64,000 nucleotides of DNA. Source: Nitrospirota bacterium. GTDB lineage: Bacteria > Nitrospirota > UBA9217. This document shows positions 59,631 through 64,000 of this stretch, piece by piece; position 1 is the first letter of the stretch; each line of letters opens with the position of its first letter. The DNA lies in NCBI GenBank assembly GCA_963796285.1, contig CAWCKW010000012.1, forward strand, positions 896,001-960,000. The letters are read 5' to 3'. Below the pieces are notes generated by a model. It was not told where the DNA came from. It searched no databases and saw nothing but the letters and a program-made list of their open reading frames with translations. Made by a program: the position numbers and the translations under genes.

Positions 59631-60455
59631 CTAAAACAACGGGTGTTCGAAAGAAAGATAGAAAAAGACACCATATTCATTCTTTGACTCACCCACTCCT
59701 ATCGGAAAGGCCAGTCCCGGCACAACCTGCAATCCGGATTTATAATTTAAGGCAAACCGCATCCCAGGATTGATGAAACACGTTTCCGAATTTTTTTTCG
59801 AACCATCCGTACGCACCAGCTGAGAGGAATTCCAGACCACCTCGGTCAGAAGATTGAAGTTCTCCGATACGAGCCATATCGCGCTGGCCCCCAGGTTGTA
59901 ACCTATGGTGTCCGCCCTGGCACCTCCCGGTTCTTTGCTTCCCGGCGTATACGTGGTCCCTGCGTTCCAGTGAGTAACCAGGTTGTTCGAAAGTATCCCA
60001 CTGAACGGCATATTCACCTGATAACCATACGCGCCCGAGCCCATTCGATTTTTATAATCGCCGGTCGGTAGTATCAGTGAAAAACGAGGGGCGACCGCGA
60101 TTTTTTCTTTTTGAACGAGCTGATATCGATAATTAAGAAGAATGTCTCCCAGTCCTGTTTCTGTCGGTTCTCCGAAATGGGATACTGGAAGGGTATACGA
60201 AAGCTGATTTTTCTCGTCCGGTACCGGCCACTCCTGCGTGAAAGTATAAAGCCACGTGTTAGCTTTTTTCAGATATTCAAAGGTCTGAATATGCTGGACT
60301 ACACCTCTTTCTTGGTTGTAGGCTTCTTCGATGAGGAACGAATTGTCCTCAATCCTCTTTGGTTCATCTTTCTTATTTTCCTCCGCAAAGGTACAGGTAA
60401 TGAAAACCAGAACATTCAAGAGGCAAACCAGTAAAGCCACAACTGTCTTAATCAC
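59631..60455 (-). CDS. Outer-membrane 'transporter' family beta-barrel
   Basis: Signal peptide; IEDNSFLIEEAYNQE; GLGD..LPTG; ends YLSFEHPLF. Confidence 0.8.
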   Translation of the reverse strand: MIKTVVALLVCLLNVLVFITCTFAEENKKDEPKRIEDNSFLIEEAYNQERGVVQHIQTFEYLKKANTWLYTFTQEWPVPDEKNQLSYTLPVSHFGEPTETGLGDILLNYRYQLVQKEKIAVAPRFSLILPTGDYKNRMGSGAYGYQVNMPFSGILSNNLVTHWNAGTTYTPGSKEPGGARADTIGYNLGASAIWLVSENFNLLTEVVWNSSQLVRTDGSKKNSETCFINPGMRFALNYKSGLQVVPGLAFPIGVGESKNEYGVFFYLSFEHPLF

Positions 60456-60504
60456 CTTTAACTCCTTTTATATTTATTTTCTCGCAAAATAAATTTGGCG
60501 GCTT

Positions 60505-61242
60505 TTAAAACGGAACTCCAAGAACGAAGCGTACTTCGCGGTCATTGGTGTTCCTGTTCAGGCCGTACACTGCCCCGAGGTTCGCCCAGATTCTGCTTCC
60601 CATCCAGGATAAAGTCGGTCCTACAGCATATTCGTCTCTAGTATAGCTCCCCTTCGACTCAACGCCGATCCGTATCCATGGTGCGAGCTCGTAGCTTATA
60701 CCGGCGGCGTATGCGTTATCGCCCGTACCAGTGTTTTTTACACGTTCATAGATTTGGTTGTACGAGGCATTGAACCTCCCGATGTCCTTTGACAGAATGA
60801 TTTTACCTTCGTACACGCTCCCCTCTACTGTGCTCACCTCGGTCTCTGCATATAACAGCACATCCACGGGCAGCATATTAGCATCAGCTATTCGGTACTT
60901 GAGTTCGACATTGTATCCTACATAGGTCAGTGAATTGCTGTCCGCTGCTTGTTCATAAATCTGATAGAGGCTCGCATTCAGACGGTCCGTTATACCGTAC
61001 TCAAGCTCTACCTTCTGCTGCCAATCGCTCGCATTCCGTGTCTGCACATCCTGTGTCACGGCGGTGTTCCAAAACTCGATTTCCGCGTTTCCTTTTGCCA
61101 GAGTCGCATACTCTTCAGTCCAAACATAGGTCTTCTGCGCCGCCCACGCCCCTGTGCTTCCAAAAAACAACATTACAACAATACCCCAAAACATCCTCTT
61201 CATGTTCCTCGTCCTCCTCATGATATTGATTTTCATTTTCAT
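60505..61242 (-). CDS. Putative porin (DUF6662-like)
   Basis: Signal peptide; ELEYGITDRL; C-terminal F. Confidence 0.75.
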   Translation of the reverse strand: MKMKINIMRRTRNMKRMFWGIVVMLFFGSTGAWAAQKTYVWTEEYATLAKGNAEIEFWNTAVTQDVQTRNASDWQQKVELEYGITDRLNASLYQIYEQAADSNSLTYVGYNVELKYRIADANMLPVDVLLYAETEVSTVEGSVYEGKIILSKDIGRFNASYNQIYERVKNTGTGDNAYAAGISYELAPWIRIGVESKGSYTRDEYAVGPTLSWMGSRIWANLGAVYGLNRNTNDREVRFVLGVPF

Positions 61243-61430
61243 TAAAAGACCGAACTAATTTCTCCCTTTTTTATTCCAAAGGCGTAGTTCAGGTTGCCGG
61301 ATGCGGCTTGTTCTAGAATATTTTTATCGTTGTCGGTGGGCGTGTCGGCAGCTTCATGGTTTTCAAGAAAATCCTGATGAAATCCCAGTAAACCGTCCAT
61401 ATAAACCGTCGCCGCATCGTCCCTGCTCAT
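61242..61430 (-). CDS. Small hypothetical protein
   Basis: GGAGGT RBS; TAATG coupling to the next gene. Confidence 0.4.
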   Translation of the reverse strand: MSRDDAATVYMDGLLGFHQDFLENHEAADTPTDNDKNILEQAASGNLNYAFGIKKGEISSVF

Positions 61431-61479
61431 GGTAACCTCCTTTCCCTAATTTAGTATTTTGAGCTTTCAAAACAGACCG

Positions 61480-62187
61480 TCATACTTTTTTCACGAATAT
61501 CTCTTTTGTAATGTCCTTGTCAACTGCGATCATTGTCTCGCCAAGTTGGATTACATAAGCCGGTTTTTTCTGGTGAAGCTTTACCACCGTGCCAGGCACA
61601 ACCCCCATTGCCGAAAGTCTGTCAAGACGCGAGTGGGAACCTGGGGTAATGAATACGATCTTTGCCTGCTCACCAGGTACAAGATCAGCAAGCGGCGCGA
61701 CAAGCGGCTTCATTTCCTGCCGGAACATTGTGCAGCATTCACCGCGTGGTATCGGCTTTCCGTCCGGCGAGTTCGGCGGATGACCGAGAAGGGTGCAGAC
61801 GCTGTCGGTTACCTCAGGGGAAAGAATATGCTCGAACTTGCAGGCCTCTGCCTCAGCACCGTCCAGGGCAAATAGATCGTAGAACATCCTGAGCGAGAGT
61901 CGATGCCGCCTTACCAACTCACGTGCCCTTTTCTCACCTGTCGGGAGCAGTTCTACCACCTGCCCTTTGATATCGATCCAGCTGTTCCTGGCAAGATCTT
62001 TAAGGATATCTGCGCATCCCTGGAGAGTACAGTTCTGAACAATTGCGTCCAGCGTCAGCGTTCCTTCCTCTCTCAGCGTCCAGATAATCTCAAAGAGTTC
62101 GTCTTCCTTCTCAATCTCCGGCAACACGCACAACGCAGGATGACCTGCTTTCCCCTCAAGAGTATTAATTCGTTTTTGTTCTGACAT
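61480..62187 (-). CDS. DtxR/MntR-type metal-dependent regulator with FeoA domain
   Basis: RRHRL, EACKFEH, LLGHP...PDGKPIP and RLSAMGVVPG. Confidence 0.92.
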   Translation of the reverse strand: MSEQKRINTLEGKAGHPALCVLPEIEKEDELFEIIWTLREEGTLTLDAIVQNCTLQGCADILKDLARNSWIDIKGQVVELLPTGEKRARELVRRHRLSLRMFYDLFALDGAEAEACKFEHILSPEVTDSVCTLLGHPPNSPDGKPIPRGECCTMFRQEMKPLVAPLADLVPGEQAKIVFITPGSHSRLDRLSAMGVVPGTVVKLHQKKPAYVIQLGETMIAVDKDITKEIFVKKV

Positions 62188-62296
62188 GATTCACCTCTTT
62201 CCTCGCGGATCGCTAATTGAACCATAATGATCAACGTTTAATCCGCAATCCTCTTTTTGTTTTACGCCTTACTCCTCACCCTGACGTTGCACGGGT

Positions 62297-64000
62297 TTAC
62301 AATGCTACATTAAAGGTCCTCAGCACCCAGTTCAGCGCACCTCCCACGCCAAAGGCAAAAGGGAATATGAAAGCCACCATATACAGGGCGGTCTTCATTC
62401 CCCGCTCCTTCACCATCATGAAAAAGTTCGCGATACAGGGCACAAACAAGGTCATCACGGTGAGGCTCACCACGATCTGGATAGGGTCAAGCAATCCTTC
62501 TTTGGCCAGCATGAAGAGCCCTGCAGCGCCATAATCACGACGTAAAAATCCGATGACGAATGCCTCTGCAGCCCTGCTTGGGAGGCCGAGGAAATGACAA
62601 CAATTGGATCGGTCAGCTGCTGGATATAGGCAAGTGCCCCCACTTTGTGACTGATAAAAAGGATGAACGTGCCGAGAATGAAAAGCGGCACCGCTTCTTT
62701 CAAATACCACTGCACACGGGCGAGGGTCTTGACAAGGATGTTCGAAAGTTGCGGCACGCGAATCGGAGGCAATTCGAGAACGAAGTCGGACGGATCGCCA
62801 GGGATGACCTTTGCGGCCAAATACCCTACGAGAAGCATCACCGCAAGCAGTGTGACAAGCCAGATGATCGTGGCAAGGCCGGAAAGCCCGGCAACCAGTC
62901 CGAGGATGACTCCCAGCTGGGCTGAACAGGGCACCCCGAGCGCAAGCAGAAGTGTTACAAGTATTTTCTCTTTTTTGGTCTCAAGGATCCGTGTGGTAAG
63001 CGTTGCCATAGTGTCGCAGCCCAACCCGAGGATCATAGGGAGCACTGCTTTGCCGTTCAGACCCATGATTTTAAAGACCTTATTCACCATGACCGCGAGC
63101 CGGGGCAGATAACCCGAGTCTTCCAAAAGGCCGAACGCGATAAAGAAGAACCCAACGATCGGCAACACAATAGCGATGGAATAAGTGAGCGCCATGGTCA
63201 CGAGTCCGTAGTCGCCGACGATCAATTCCTGAAGAAATGGTATCGGCAGGATAAAATGAACGATCTTTACAGCCCAGGGGTTCAAGTATTCGCCAAAGAC
63301 GATCTTCTCAAGAAAATTGACCGCAGTGCCTGCCCCCAGCACACCAACAAATTGATAAACGACATAGAGAACGGCCAAGCAGGATCGGCAACCCATAGAC
63401 CGGATGCATGGACCATTTGCCGATGTGGAATGCAATGGCTGAACCCTTCCCTGCCTCGTGGAGGCTCAGTGACTGTGCGAGGATCTCATCGGCTTTCTTC
63501 ATCCTTCGCTGGTTGATGAGATAACCGAGCGAGTTATTGAATTTCGACTGCACTCCCTGGCGAATCTTTTCTATCTCTTTGATCACGTGGTCCTGAACGT
63601 TCGCATGAAGCCAACCTTTGAGACTCTCGTCACCGGCCAGGATCATAAGCGCAAGAGCTCGGCGCGAAATATTAGCTTCCGGCAACAAAACAGAGATGTC
63701 CCTGATCCCGCCTTCGATCTTATCATCGTACAACACCTCGATAGCGGACGGCCGCGGATGCTGAATGCCCTTCAACAGCTTATCGATACCGCTCCGCCGG
63801 ATCGCCACGGTTTTTACCACTTCAATACCGAGGATCTGTGAGAGCGTCTCCTGATTGATTACGATGCCGCGACTCCTCGCCTCATCGTCCATATTGAGAT
63901 CGAGAATAAACGGTACACCCATTTCCGCAAGTTGGAGCGTGATCAATAGTCCGCGCCTCAGGTTCTTGGTATCGGCAACCTGCACGATCACATCAGCCCG
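62297..64000 (-). CDS. feoB: Ferrous iron transporter FeoB (5' end outside window; frameshifts near 63350 and 62590)
   Basis: LNMDDEA, LEDSGYLPRLA, GLGC, PCSAQ, ELPP and LFVPC. Confidence 0.93.

Noticed and set aside
1-64000. tRNA, rRNA, integrase or prophage genes
   Set aside because: None were recognised by eye; a tRNAscan or Infernal run would be needed to exclude them formally.

Overview
Bacterial window of roughly mid-50s% GC. Gene content and style suggest Nitrospirota or a deltaproteobacteria-like lineage (inference). Many single-base frameshifts in essential genes (infB, nusA, recJ, feoB) point to an unpolished long-read assembly. 1-14.4 kb is core genome: rimP-nusA-ylxRQ-infB-DUF503-rbfA-DHH, csp, HU, Smr, CAP, ridA, relA/spoT, recJ, tatA, mobA. 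14.4-39.5 kb is a sulfur/copper accessory island. It holds a pentaheme ExtKL/MccSep-like cytochrome (Cys form) with a periplasmic rhodanese, a MASE3 kinase and sigma54 activator, and an internally deleted IS30. A sigma54-driven operon is headed by a Tat-exported thiocyanate dehydrogenase (TcDH) homolog with all Cu-site motifs intact, followed by 3 MacB permeases, 2 ATPases and extra tatA/B. A divergent copper operon carries a leaderless RPP-ending leader peptide, TlpA, NosL, CopC, CopD and DUF2318. 39.5-52.7 kb holds Mo-related genes, MacAB-TolC, a CDF transporter, mqnA, a deaminase and Rrf2. 53-58.9 kb is a tandem triplication of surface lipoproteins with 0, 2 and 6 Ig-like repeats plus FN3. 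Each copy sits behind a class II CRP-type promoter and a GEMM-I riboswitch of the A20 (c-AMP-GMP-type) variant, which is deleted in copy 1. 59-64 kb holds decayed feoAAB, two porins, a DtxR-FeoA regulator and feoB. Homology calls come from motif recognition and recalled sequences, not from database searches.
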